A DNA stretch of 64,000 nt, taken from IMG/VR virus record IMGVR_UViG_3300029922_000001, positions 124,001-188,000 of that record; one strand, 5' to 3'. How positions within the stretch are numbered: the stretch's first letter is position 1; every line of letters starts with the position of its first letter. The notes under the pieces are model-generated. The model ran no database searches. It worked only from the letters and a program-made list of their open reading frames with translations, and was not told where the DNA came from. Shown here one piece after another: positions 50,532 through 59,466 of the stretch. Made by a program: the position numbers and the translations under genes.

Positions 50532-51458
50532 ATGAGTAAAAACTTAAATATAATTAAAACAAGCATTCCTTATATACCAATTGGAAGGAAATTACTATTT
50601 GTTGATCATACAACAAAAGGGGACACGAAATATTATTCTCGGGATATATCTTGTAAAGCCTGGAGAAAAAAATGTAGGGAGGGAGTCCCTACTATGATAG
50701 TCGAACATGAATCTTTATTTATACAAACTATAACAATAGGAACTGTTGCAACAGCGACTAGGCAAGAAGTTTATAGTTGTGAATATGATTTAGAAGAAAG
50801 AATAGATGCGCAAGCTCGCCAAGGTATCAATATAGAAGAAGATACGCTAATATTTGAAGTACTAGAAACTGGTGCTAGAAAAACATTAACAAGAGAAACA
50901 TTAACTTGTTCTGATTTAATGACTGCTATTGGTCTTTTATGGAATCATTTAGTTCCGCCAAATAAAATAGTAATGTCACCTAAAAAGTTTTATGAACTAT
51001 TAGATGATCCACGTCTTAGATTCTTTACGGAAATATCCGAAGAAGAAAAGAAAACTAATCCAGTATGGGGAACTTTTAAAGAATTCCCTATATATGTATC
51101 TGCTCTTTTGGGTAATAAAGTTTTTGTGTTAAGCAATCCTGAATTAGTTGGTGTTATACCAATTGACAAAGATGTTGATGTAATAACCGAATTTGAAATT
51201 AGAAAAATTCGTGATGAAAATCTTTATTATGAAATTCTTGGGGCAGGAGTAATTAATGATTACTCTATTGTTGTGATTAATGTTATTGGTGCAGACAAAG
51301 ATATAGAAACTGTTAATACTTTTGGCGCAACTCTTACTCCTTTAGGTGCTGCTAAGACATTATCAGGAGACACAAAGAAAAAACAAATAATCTCTGATCA
51401 AACATGTACTAAGGACACGCAAGAAGGAGAATCACTAGATAAAATAAAGGGAAATTAA
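50532..51458 (+). CDS. HK97-fold major-capsid-like paralog
   Basis: YDLEERIDAQARQGINIEEDTLIF (spine-helix-like), KIVMSPKKFYEL, GTFKEFPIYVS, NPELVGVIPIDKDVDV and YEILGAGVIN resemble large-phage MCP/encapsulin-fold motifs. Judged by eye. Confidence 0.6.
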   Translation: MSKNLNIIKTSIPYIPIGRKLLFVDHTTKGDTKYYSRDISCKAWRKKCREGVPTMIVEHESLFIQTITIGTVATATRQEVYSCEYDLEERIDAQARQGINIEEDTLIFEVLETGARKTLTRETLTCSDLMTAIGLLWNHLVPPNKIVMSPKKFYELLDDPRLRFFTEISEEEKKTNPVWGTFKEFPIYVSALLGNKVFVLSNPELVGVIPIDKDVDVITEFEIRKIRDENLYYEILGAGVINDYSIVVINVIGADKDIETVNTFGATLTPLGAAKTLSGDTKKKQIISDQTCTKDTQEGESLDKIKGN

Positions 51459-51501
51459 TCTATCTCGACACTATTCCCATTATTTTATTGGGAACCGAGT
51501 A

Positions 51502-51882
51502 TTAAATGTCATCCAACGTCATTTGCCTTGTTTTAGGCGTTATTTTGGCTTTTCTGACGCTCTTATGTACTTTTACGGGTAATTCATCACCTTCGTACTT
51601 TAAGTCCTCTATAGCGATATAATATTTATCGGGAAGATACTCAGCATACCCAACATACTTCTTTTGCCAGTAGATTTTTAAATAATCAGGCGTGGTTCTG
51701 TATTCAATATAATAAACCTTATCAATCCAATCCGAAGTGAGTCTATATTTTTGTTCATCAGGGATATAAATTAAATCCCAGTTCAAATGTTTTTTATCAA
51801 ACTCATAATATGCTCCACGTCCACCATGAACTATGCAATTTGCAGCGGTAGCTATAGCAACTCCTGAATGAGATTGAAACAT
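51502..51882 (-). CDS. Hypothetical protein
   Basis: 126 aa; IVHGGRGAYYEF; TATAAT-5nt-ATG start. Confidence 0.7.
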   Translation of the reverse strand: MFQSHSGVAIATAANCIVHGGRGAYYEFDKKHLNWDLIYIPDEQKYRLTSDWIDKVYYIEYRTTPDYLKIYWQKKYVGYAEYLPDKYYIAIEDLKYEGDELPVKVHKSVRKAKITPKTRQMTLDDI

Positions 51883-51908
51883 AACTTATTATATGCTATA
51901 ATAATCCC

Positions 51909-52703
51909 ATGAAACAAGATAAAGATGCTTTAGGCAACAGAATGAAGGATCATGAACACCGAACACGGATTTTACTTCCGCGTAGAACAAATACAATGAT
52001 TAGGCTTGATGGAAAAGCTTTTCATACCTTTACAAAAGGATTCAAACGTCCTTTTGATACGGATTTAATGAATATCATGAATCAAACAGCATTAGAAACA
52101 TGTTCTACAATTCAAGGTGCCAAGTTTGCTTATGTTCAATCTGATGAAATTACTATTTTGGTTACAGATTACGAAACTGATGCATGGTTTGATGGTAATA
52201 TCCAGAAGATGACATCAATTTCAGCTTCTTATGCAACATCTGCGTTCAATGCTCATTATGGTAAATACATTTACGATCAAAATCCTAGCGAGTTTGACCC
52301 CTTAAAGGTTAAAAAAGCTAATTTTGATAGCCGTGTATGGACTTTAGCTGATCCTAATGAAGTTATTAATGTTTTAATTTGGAGACAACAAGATTGTGTA
52401 AAAAATAGTATTTCTATGGCAGCACAATCAATGTTCTCTCAGAAAGAATTGCAAAATAAGCATTCTGACGACATGCAAGAGATGATGTGGCAAAAAGGCG
52501 TCAATTGGAATGATTATACTGTTGGCGAAAAGCGTGGTCGTTTTATCGAAAAGATTTCCACACAAAAGGATATCGAATACATAGATAAGCGAACTGGTGA
52601 AAAACATATCAAAGAAGGTGTTATTCGATCTAAATGGAAAGTCGTAGAACCACCAACTTTTTCAACAGACAAAGACTTTATTCGTCGTTTCATGCCCATT
52701 TAA
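51909..52703 (+). CDS. Thg1-like tRNA(His) guanylyltransferase / 3'-5' polymerase
   Basis: IRLDGKAFHTFT, AYVQSDEIT, WFDGNIQKM, FDSRV, WRQQDCVKNSI. Confidence 0.93.
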   Translation: MKQDKDALGNRMKDHEHRTRILLPRRTNTMIRLDGKAFHTFTKGFKRPFDTDLMNIMNQTALETCSTIQGAKFAYVQSDEITILVTDYETDAWFDGNIQKMTSISASYATSAFNAHYGKYIYDQNPSEFDPLKVKKANFDSRVWTLADPNEVINVLIWRQQDCVKNSISMAAQSMFSQKELQNKHSDDMQEMMWQKGVNWNDYTVGEKRGRFIEKISTQKDIEYIDKRTGEKHIKEGVIRSKWKVVEPPTFSTDKDFIRRFMPI

Positions 52704-53065
52704 TGGTAAAATGGCTTATTGAATGCAGTATTGTAGTTAGTAAGATCCTTTAAGTGCTTGATGGCTATTTTATCTAGATCATAGTAATTTATTTTACCAG
52801 TATGTTCGATTAAAATAGCCTTCATAAGCTTAGTCACTGGACAATATATGTTAGAAAATATAATATAGTGACATAAATCGGAATATTTTTTAGCCAACGC
52901 GATAGCTTCATTAGCATTATAGAATGCTTTACTATTACACCAACAATAACAAGATTCGGTAGGTGGTTGTGTGTCACAGTAATATACTAAATCTTGAGTA
53001 GAAGAAATTGTAAAATTATCTTCTTGGAATAAATGTTTTGCTATATGATCGTCACCGATAATCAT
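52700..53065 (-). CDS. Hypothetical protein
   Basis: Start moved to the ATG at 53065 (TGTATAAT-6nt-ATG). Confidence 0.6.
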   Translation of the reverse strand: MIIGDDHIAKHLFQEDNFTISSTQDLVYYCDTQPPTESCYCWCNSKAFYNANEAIALAKKYSDLCHYIIFSNIYCPVTKLMKAILIEHTGKINYYDLDKIAIKHLKDLTNYNTAFNKPFYH

Positions 53066-53099
53066 ATAGCAATTATACAAAATATTTTTAAATTAATGC

Positions 53100-54268
53100 A
53101 GGAATCTTAATATATACATAAGAATTTATATTTATGCTTATAAATAGATCTATTCAATATAGATTATATCCTAACAATAAACAAATTAAATTATTATCTA
53201 ATAATTTGGAAGGTTGTAGACTACTTTATAATCAAATGTTGAATCAAAGAAAAGAAGGATGGGAACAAGATAAGCAATCCTTTTCTTGTTATGATCAGCA
53301 AAAATATTTTAAAGATTATCTAGATAAACTAGAATATAATATTCATGCTCAAGTTAAACAAAATGTTGCCGTTAGAGTTGACTTAGCTTTTAAGGCTTTC
53401 TTTCGTAGAATTAAAAATAAAGAAAATCCAGGTTATCCTAGATTTAAATCTTTTGGTAGATATGATTCATTCACTTATCCTCAAACTGATTACGGATATA
53501 AAATTAAAGATAAACAAATATATTTATGTAAGATAGGTAATGTTAAAGTTGTTATTCATAAACAAATCACTGGATTTATCAAAACATGTACTATCAAGAA
53601 AGAAAGTGATAGATGGTTTGTTATTTTTACTTATGAAGCAGAATCAACATCTTATGAATCTTCTACTAATTTAGAGATTGGTATTGATGTAGGTTTAAAA
53701 TCTTTTGCAGTGTTCTCAGATAATACAACTATTGATAATCCTAGATTCTTTAAACAAGAAGAAAAGAATATTGGAAGATTACAAAGACGAAAAGAAAAAG
53801 CTAATGGTAATCAAAAACAAAAATTAAAGAAAGCTATTCAAAAACGTCATGCTAAAGTTAAAAATAAGAGAAAAGATTTTTGTCATAAGCTTTCGAGATC
53901 AATCGTCAATAAATATAAAATTATTTGCATTGAAGATTTAAACATTAATCAAATGAAAGAAAACATGAGATATTTATCAAAAAGTATTCATGATGCTTCT
54001 TGGAAACTATTCTTGAACTATCTAATCTATAAAGCGGAAGAAGCTGGTAGATTATTAATTCAAGTCAATCCTGCGTATACTACCCAGGATTGTAGTAAAT
54101 GTGGTTATAGAGTTAAAAAGAAGCTTTCAGATCGTATTCATAATTGTCCTAATTGTGGACTCTCTATGGATCGTGATCTAAATGCTTCCCTAAACATTTT
54201 GAGAATAGGATTATATTCTCTTGGTATTAAATCCATAGAAGATTCTTTTAATTAAGAATAGTAATCAC
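53100..54268 (+). mobile_element. Solo-TnpB (IS1341-like) element
   Basis: No TnpA. The 3' end AGAAG-ATTCTT-TTAATT-AAGAAT-AGTAATCAC resembles an IS605 right-end hairpin ending in TCAC (54265-54268). Left end not defined. Confidence 0.6.
53134..54255 (+). CDS. tnpB: TnpB RNA-guided endonuclease (IS200/IS605 OrfB), intact D-E-D triad
   Basis: HTH YRLYPN, GYPRFKS, IGIDVGL, ICIEDL, CSKC..CPNC, DRDLNASLNI. Confidence 0.95.
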   Translation: MLINRSIQYRLYPNNKQIKLLSNNLEGCRLLYNQMLNQRKEGWEQDKQSFSCYDQQKYFKDYLDKLEYNIHAQVKQNVAVRVDLAFKAFFRRIKNKENPGYPRFKSFGRYDSFTYPQTDYGYKIKDKQIYLCKIGNVKVVIHKQITGFIKTCTIKKESDRWFVIFTYEAESTSYESSTNLEIGIDVGLKSFAVFSDNTTIDNPRFFKQEEKNIGRLQRRKEKANGNQKQKLKKAIQKRHAKVKNKRKDFCHKLSRSIVNKYKIICIEDLNINQMKENMRYLSKSIHDASWKLFLNYLIYKAEEAGRLLIQVNPAYTTQDCSKCGYRVKKKLSDRIHNCPNCGLSMDRDLNASLNILRIGLYSLGIKSIEDSFN

Positions 54269-54271
54269 ATT

Positions 54272-54937
54272 TTAATGACCAAAGAAGCTCATTTTGAGAA
54301 CACCAAACTGAGACAGACCTTCGAGTACTAAGATTAAGAAGAGAATTCCACCACCCCAAACTGCAATATTCTTAAATACTTTTTGAAAATGAGGTAATTT
54401 TTCATTAATAGCATTAATATTACTAATCATAGGTTTCAATGTAGCAATTTCTTGAAAAATCTTCTTTTGATTTTCGTCTATTTCTTCAAATAAAGTTGCA
54501 TGATATTTGTCGCTTGAATCATTGTAATCTTCCAATAGTCTTTCGTTGGTTTGGCTAAGGTGCAATACCTTTTCCATTTTTTCTTCAACTTTAGCCATAA
54601 TAGATACATTAGAATCAAGTTTACTTGCGCTAACATGCAATAAACCTTCTGTTTTATCTTGTTTTTGCAAAATTTGCTTAACAGTATCAAACATGTCTGT
54701 AAGAATTTTATTAGAAACTTCCCTATAAACAGATAGCTCAGTATTTATATCATTTAACTCATTTGTAAGATGGAAAAATTGTTCTTTTTCATCACCGTGG
54801 TTTTCTTTAATAAGAACCTGTAATCTGTTTAGGATTTCAAGCACCTTGGTTAATGCTTCAGCGAATTTTTCGTGAGCCTCAATTTGTGCGGCTATCTTCT
54901 CATATGTAATTAAATTAAGATTTTCTTCATTATTCAT
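54272..54937 (-). CDS. Coiled-coil protein with C-terminal TM helix
   Basis: Long heptad-rich region, then IAVWGGGILFLILVLEGL; overlaps the stop of the upstream gene. Confidence 0.7.
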   Translation of the reverse strand: MNNEENLNLITYEKIAAQIEAHEKFAEALTKVLEILNRLQVLIKENHGDEKEQFFHLTNELNDINTELSVYREVSNKILTDMFDTVKQILQKQDKTEGLLHVSASKLDSNVSIMAKVEEKMEKVLHLSQTNERLLEDYNDSSDKYHATLFEEIDENQKKIFQEIATLKPMISNINAINEKLPHFQKVFKNIAVWGGGILFLILVLEGLSQFGVLKMSFFGH

Positions 54938-55283
54938 TAACCTTTCCCCCAATCTTTTGCAGCATCTGTTCTAGTTTTTGTGTACTAGTTTTAAGTCTAT
55001 CTATGGACTCGTCATAAGGAATGAGTTCAATCATTAAACACTTAGTACCGTGATTGAGGTATTGTCTGTTTACTTTATATTTTTGATTATTTATGGTAAT
55101 GGGTCTATCTGAATATATAGTGTCTAAATTCTTAAATTTTTGAATATGTTCACTCCATTTGTCATTGAATAAACATTCGCGTGATTGTACATCAATAACA
55201 GCGGCTGGATGTTGCTTTACGTCAAGTAAGCCTCTAATGATTTCCACTGTTTGTTTAGTAAATTCGATTTCTTTTGTTAGCAT
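54930..55283 (-). CDS. Small protein, possible PAS-like fold
   Basis: LLDVKQHPAAVIDVQSRECLFNDKW resembles a PAS N-terminus; SD AGAGG before the ATG at 55283. Confidence 0.5.
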   Translation of the reverse strand: MLTKEIEFTKQTVEIIRGLLDVKQHPAAVIDVQSRECLFNDKWSEHIQKFKNLDTIYSDRPITINNQKYKVNRQYLNHGTKCLMIELIPYDESIDRLKTSTQKLEQMLQKIGGKVNE

Positions 55284-55337
55284 GGTTCCTCTGATGGTCA
55301 ATAGTTTTATTCAACTATTAGAGGAACCATACCTCTT

Positions 55338-56279
55338 TTACTCTTCGTCGGTAACATATTTTTTATGAGCAGGGTTCTCTTTTTTAAAGATTCTAGCGTA
55401 ATATTCTTCATAAGTATTAAAAACTTCTCTTGTAGTTACAACAAAGTAAATCTTTTCAATTTGAGATTCTTGGTTTTCTTCAAAATATCTTAATACAGCA
55501 GAAATTTGAGCTAAAGCACCTTGATAAACATTAAGAGTTCCGCAATCCATAGGGGTAATAACTAAACTCTTGCATTGTATACTGTCAGCTAACAATAATG
55601 AACGGTTAGTTGCAGTAGAAATGTATTTTTCTTCTGTTAATCCTCCACCACCTGATACAATAGCGTGGGCAACACTCTTGAAAGGTAATTCTGGAATATT
55701 AGATGCATCAGTGTTGTAAACATGACCCATTTTAATAGGAACACCATTTTCATTAATTCTATTAAGTTGATTTTGTAGTTTAAAACCACTTAAAGTTTGC
55801 AATACTGGATCAAGAATTTCTAATAGGTTGTTATTTGGATATACAAGCATATCAGCTTTAACCTTATAGGGAGAAGGGACTAAATGAACAGAAATTTTCA
55901 CATTGTCAATACTAGGCTTGTAGGCTTGTGGTTTTTCATCATCATTTTTACGATAAGGTTGATAATCTTCAACGACTTCATTACCAATCACAACGTCTTC
56001 TTCGGAATTCCAATCGTACATGCTGTGTAAGAAAACACAGTTCTCATATTTACCGCGACAATTTTCATCCCACTTTTCATTATTGATATAATGTTGTTTA
56101 TTTGGGACAATATCATTAAAAACACCAATTAGAGGATTGACAAACTTTTTATTGTCTTCATCAAATTCTTCTTCCACCATGTTTTTAAAAACACAATCAT
56201 ATTGTGAATTGTCAAATATTACATAAAATGGACATTCTGCACATGCCTGTTGTATAGAAAGTATTTTTATTTTTTTCAT
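55338..56279 (-). CDS. Protein with C-terminal divergent macrodomain
   Basis: KADMLVYPNNNL, GHVYNTDA, KSVAHAIV, KSLVITPMDCG and IEKIYFVV follow macrodomain motif order; the canonical NAAN and GGG are altered. Confidence 0.75.
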   Translation of the reverse strand: MKKIKILSIQQACAECPFYVIFDNSQYDCVFKNMVEEEFDEDNKKFVNPLIGVFNDIVPNKQHYINNEKWDENCRGKYENCVFLHSMYDWNSEEDVVIGNEVVEDYQPYRKNDDEKPQAYKPSIDNVKISVHLVPSPYKVKADMLVYPNNNLLEILDPVLQTLSGFKLQNQLNRINENGVPIKMGHVYNTDASNIPELPFKSVAHAIVSGGGGLTEEKYISTATNRSLLLADSIQCKSLVITPMDCGTLNVYQGALAQISAVLRYFEENQESQIEKIYFVVTTREVFNTYEEYYARIFKKENPAHKKYVTDEE

Positions 56280-56327
56280 ATTAAAATTATACAGTAAAAA
56301 CGGTTGATCTTAAACCGTTCAAGGTGT

Positions 56328-57023
56328 TTAATAATTGTAATTATTTGTCAACCATGTATTTGGTGAATTAATTTCATCGTTTATGTTTTCTTGATATGCC
56401 TCATTAGATGTATTTTGTGTGGATTTTGTGAATTTATCATATTGAGCTTGATAACTGCTAACAAGATACTGAACTATATCATTTCTAGAGTCAGTTTCTG
56501 CTTTTATAATAGCCTGTTGTTTAGTAATTGGCTTAGTGGTGTCAGTAAGTAAATCTTGATAATATGTAATTCTAAGTGAGTTCTCAGGCATATTGTTATA
56601 TTTTTGTTTTGCGGCATTTAGAGTGTATTGTAACTGATAGGCTTTTTCTTGCTTAGCTCTTTCTAGCATTGGGCTACCTTGTTCCATCGCTTGATTTCTT
56701 AAAGCAACTTCCTGTGGAGTCATACCTTCCATATATTTTTGTTGTTTAATGGGACCATAATCAGGTGTACTATTATCATGATAACCACCACCTGGAATAT
56801 GATCAGTTTTATCAACCATTAATTGAGAACCATAGCTAGTATCATATGCATTTTGGAATGGATTAACAGGGGCTTTTAGTCCATTTTCGCCTTGCCATAA
56901 ATTATCAAAAATAGCTAATCTTTCCATTACTCTAGTTATTCCATCAGCTTCAACGTCTAGATTTTTACGATCTAATTTATATGCAAATCTTTCTAAAAAT
57001 TCTAATGATTCTTTTTTATCCAT
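56328..57023 (-). CDS. Hypothetical protein
   Basis: 231 aa; coupled to the upstream gene; SD-like GGTGG. Confidence 0.7.
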   Translation of the reverse strand: MDKKESLEFLERFAYKLDRKNLDVEADGITRVMERLAIFDNLWQGENGLKAPVNPFQNAYDTSYGSQLMVDKTDHIPGGGYHDNSTPDYGPIKQQKYMEGMTPQEVALRNQAMEQGSPMLERAKQEKAYQLQYTLNAAKQKYNNMPENSLRITYYQDLLTDTTKPITKQQAIIKAETDSRNDIVQYLVSSYQAQYDKFTKSTQNTSNEAYQENINDEINSPNTWLTNNYNY

Positions 57024-59079
57024 TCATACCACCCTGTTCCATCTTGGACGCAAAACCTTGTTGACTTCTCATTTCGTCAATTAAATTAGGAGACATATCT
57101 GTAATAGAAGATTTTTCTCTTATTTGATTGTAAATAGGTTGAATTTGAGATAATACTTTTTGGTTTAATTGAGCCATAGCCTGTTGAAGTGCCTGTGGAT
57201 TTTTACCATATTGTTGTAAAATCTGTTGAATTTCTTGTGTTGTTTGTTGTTCCAATGAATTTAATGGATCAAGTTGACTAACACGCACATTTTCCTTCTT
57301 TTTAGATGCACCAGTAAATGGAGCAGTTGAAACAGGAGGAACAGGTGGTGTTGGTGGGGCTGGAATTGTATTTACAGGCTGAAACATACCAGGTGAGTGT
57401 AAATTAGGCTGTACGCCCATTCCAGCGGCATGAGCGCCAGCAGCAATACCTAAACTACCTAAAATAAACATTCCAACCTTACCCATCGTTTTAAGTTTAT
57501 CAGTAGCCAATTTAGCGTAATGGTGTGAAAGACTATTAACATCAGAAAGATGATTAATGTGCTTTTTAGCTCTAAATCCTAATCTTTCAATCATGAAAGC
57601 AATTGTTTGATATTTAGAATTCTCAATAACGCCTTGGAAATTTTTAGTGTAAGAACCACGAGGGAAAGTTTTTCTAGTTTCCACTGTTCTGTCAGCAATA
57701 TACGCTTGCTTGAGAGCATTTAAATAATCTCTAAATTTACCTTCAATAGCCAACATAATACTTTGAGCCATACCAGCATGTCTTTTACCTTCGTTTGCTA
57801 AAGCAAATTTAGTGTAAAGGTGGTGTCCAGCAAATTCATTCAAAGCATTCTCAACCAATATGTCTCTACCAACACGAGTGGCTTCGTCTAAACCTACTCC
57901 AAAAAGACTATAAAAATCTTCACTAGCATTAGCATCAGCAATGATATTATTTTTACTAGCTTCTCTAATAAAAGCGTTATTTTCACTCATGATTTTCTTT
58001 AACGCTTCGTCCCCTTGTTGTTTGATGTAAGTGGCGGGATAAGGATGTTCTGTTAAAGTAGCAGGTAAACCTTCGGATGGGTTTTCATAAATGCTTCTTG
58101 CAACACTTCTTGCTACTGAAGGTCCGTGTTGTGGATGGGTGTCTATAAAGTGCTGAAAGGCTCTATAGTAATCATGAATATAAGGTGTTCCGGTTTCAGT
58201 CATATTGCCCACAAAAGGTCTAGATAAAGGTTTCACTACTTCTTGTACTGATAATGGTTGTGTTTTTTTATCAGAAGGTGCAACTTTTTCTATATATTTA
58301 ATTGCGGTAGTTTTATTGAATAAACCTGTAGAAACAAGTTCGTTTATAAATTTATTTTTGATAAAAAGTTTTTCTTCTGGATTTTTGTTAGCTAATTCTG
58401 GTAACATTTGATTCAAAGCCTCTTCTAACGCAATCATTTTTGATTTAGCTTTTTCCATCTTTGCTTCTACTTGTTCATCTTGGTATTTAGGAACAAAGGT
58501 AGGAGTAATGTTGTTTAACATACGAATAGCATCATTAACAGTCATCATTTGATTTTTTGTAGGATCAAAACGACTAGCCATTTGATTAGCTTCGTTAGCA
58601 GGGATTCCAACTTGTGTAAATGTGCTTGCTAATGAAGCGGTATCTGCAAATTTGCCCTTACTACCAATAAAACTATTTAATGTTTTAGTTAAAACACTGC
58701 GGACATTAGGATCAGACAATAAATTAGTATGACCATTTAGCATTTTAGACAAAAACCAATAAGGTGCTTTATTACCATCTTGATCGGTCAGAACTTCATT
58801 GAGAATTTCAGAAGATTCAACGTCTTGAGACTTTCCAAATGTGGAAAACAAAGAATAAACTAAGCTTCTGAATTTAGGAGATTTGTGGAATAACTCTCTC
58901 CACATTTTATAATCAAGTGGTCCTTTTGCAAAACGATATATTGTATCGTTATGTTTATAGCCAACAATAACCCTACCACTGTCTGTAACAATGGTAGGTC
59001 TTGCCAATTTAATAAATTCTTCTAATTGATTTTCTGGTAAATCGCATAAATTTTGTGTATTAGCTACAACATACTTCAT
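57016..59079 (-). CDS. Hypothetical protein with hydrophobic, Pro-rich and Gln-rich C-terminal segments
   Basis: 687 aa helical; VGMFILGSLGIAAGAHAAG, PAPPTPPVPP, Q-rich tail. Confidence 0.7.
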   Translation of the reverse strand: MKYVVANTQNLCDLPENQLEEFIKLARPTIVTDSGRVIVGYKHNDTIYRFAKGPLDYKMWRELFHKSPKFRSLVYSLFSTFGKSQDVESSEILNEVLTDQDGNKAPYWFLSKMLNGHTNLLSDPNVRSVLTKTLNSFIGSKGKFADTASLASTFTQVGIPANEANQMASRFDPTKNQMMTVNDAIRMLNNITPTFVPKYQDEQVEAKMEKAKSKMIALEEALNQMLPELANKNPEEKLFIKNKFINELVSTGLFNKTTAIKYIEKVAPSDKKTQPLSVQEVVKPLSRPFVGNMTETGTPYIHDYYRAFQHFIDTHPQHGPSVARSVARSIYENPSEGLPATLTEHPYPATYIKQQGDEALKKIMSENNAFIREASKNNIIADANASEDFYSLFGVGLDEATRVGRDILVENALNEFAGHHLYTKFALANEGKRHAGMAQSIMLAIEGKFRDYLNALKQAYIADRTVETRKTFPRGSYTKNFQGVIENSKYQTIAFMIERLGFRAKKHINHLSDVNSLSHHYAKLATDKLKTMGKVGMFILGSLGIAAGAHAAGMGVQPNLHSPGMFQPVNTIPAPPTPPVPPVSTAPFTGASKKKENVRVSQLDPLNSLEQQTTQEIQQILQQYGKNPQALQQAMAQLNQKVLSQIQPIYNQIREKSSITDMSPNLIDEMRSQQGFASKMEQGGMNG

Positions 59080-59102
59080 GCTTTTATTTTCAAATAATCT
59101 GG

Positions 59103-59435
59103 TTAAATATCCTTTGCGTTTGTGAAGGCAATTGCTTCCTTTCTTCTTCTATTAACATCCTTGCGGTGTAATAGATAACCATACACGAGGAAAAACAACA
59201 CAGGCAAAGCATAAAGTGCATTAGGACTATGAGTGATTAAAGCATTGTCACTAGCAAAAAGAACCCAAATCGTACTCCAACAGCCGCACAAGGTGATCAT
59301 GAAAAACATGAACTTGCCAAAACCGTTGATAATCGTATCTAAAAGACCGAATGTAATGACCTTGCCGCTCTTGTAGGCGTTGTCGAAGTCCTGTACGATT
59401 TCCAATCTTTGATTGTTCTGATTATAGTTGCTCAT
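59103..59435 (-). CDS. Two-TM membrane protein
   Basis: Two hydrophobic stretches; TGGTACAAT-6nt-ATG start. Confidence 0.7.
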   Translation of the reverse strand: MSNYNQNNQRLEIVQDFDNAYKSGKVITFGLLDTIINGFGKFMFFMITLCGCWSTIWVLFASDNALITHSPNALYALPVLFFLVYGYLLHRKDVNRRRKEAIAFTNAKDI

Positions 59436-59466
59436 GTTTTAATTGTACCAGCATTAAAGCTATTTG

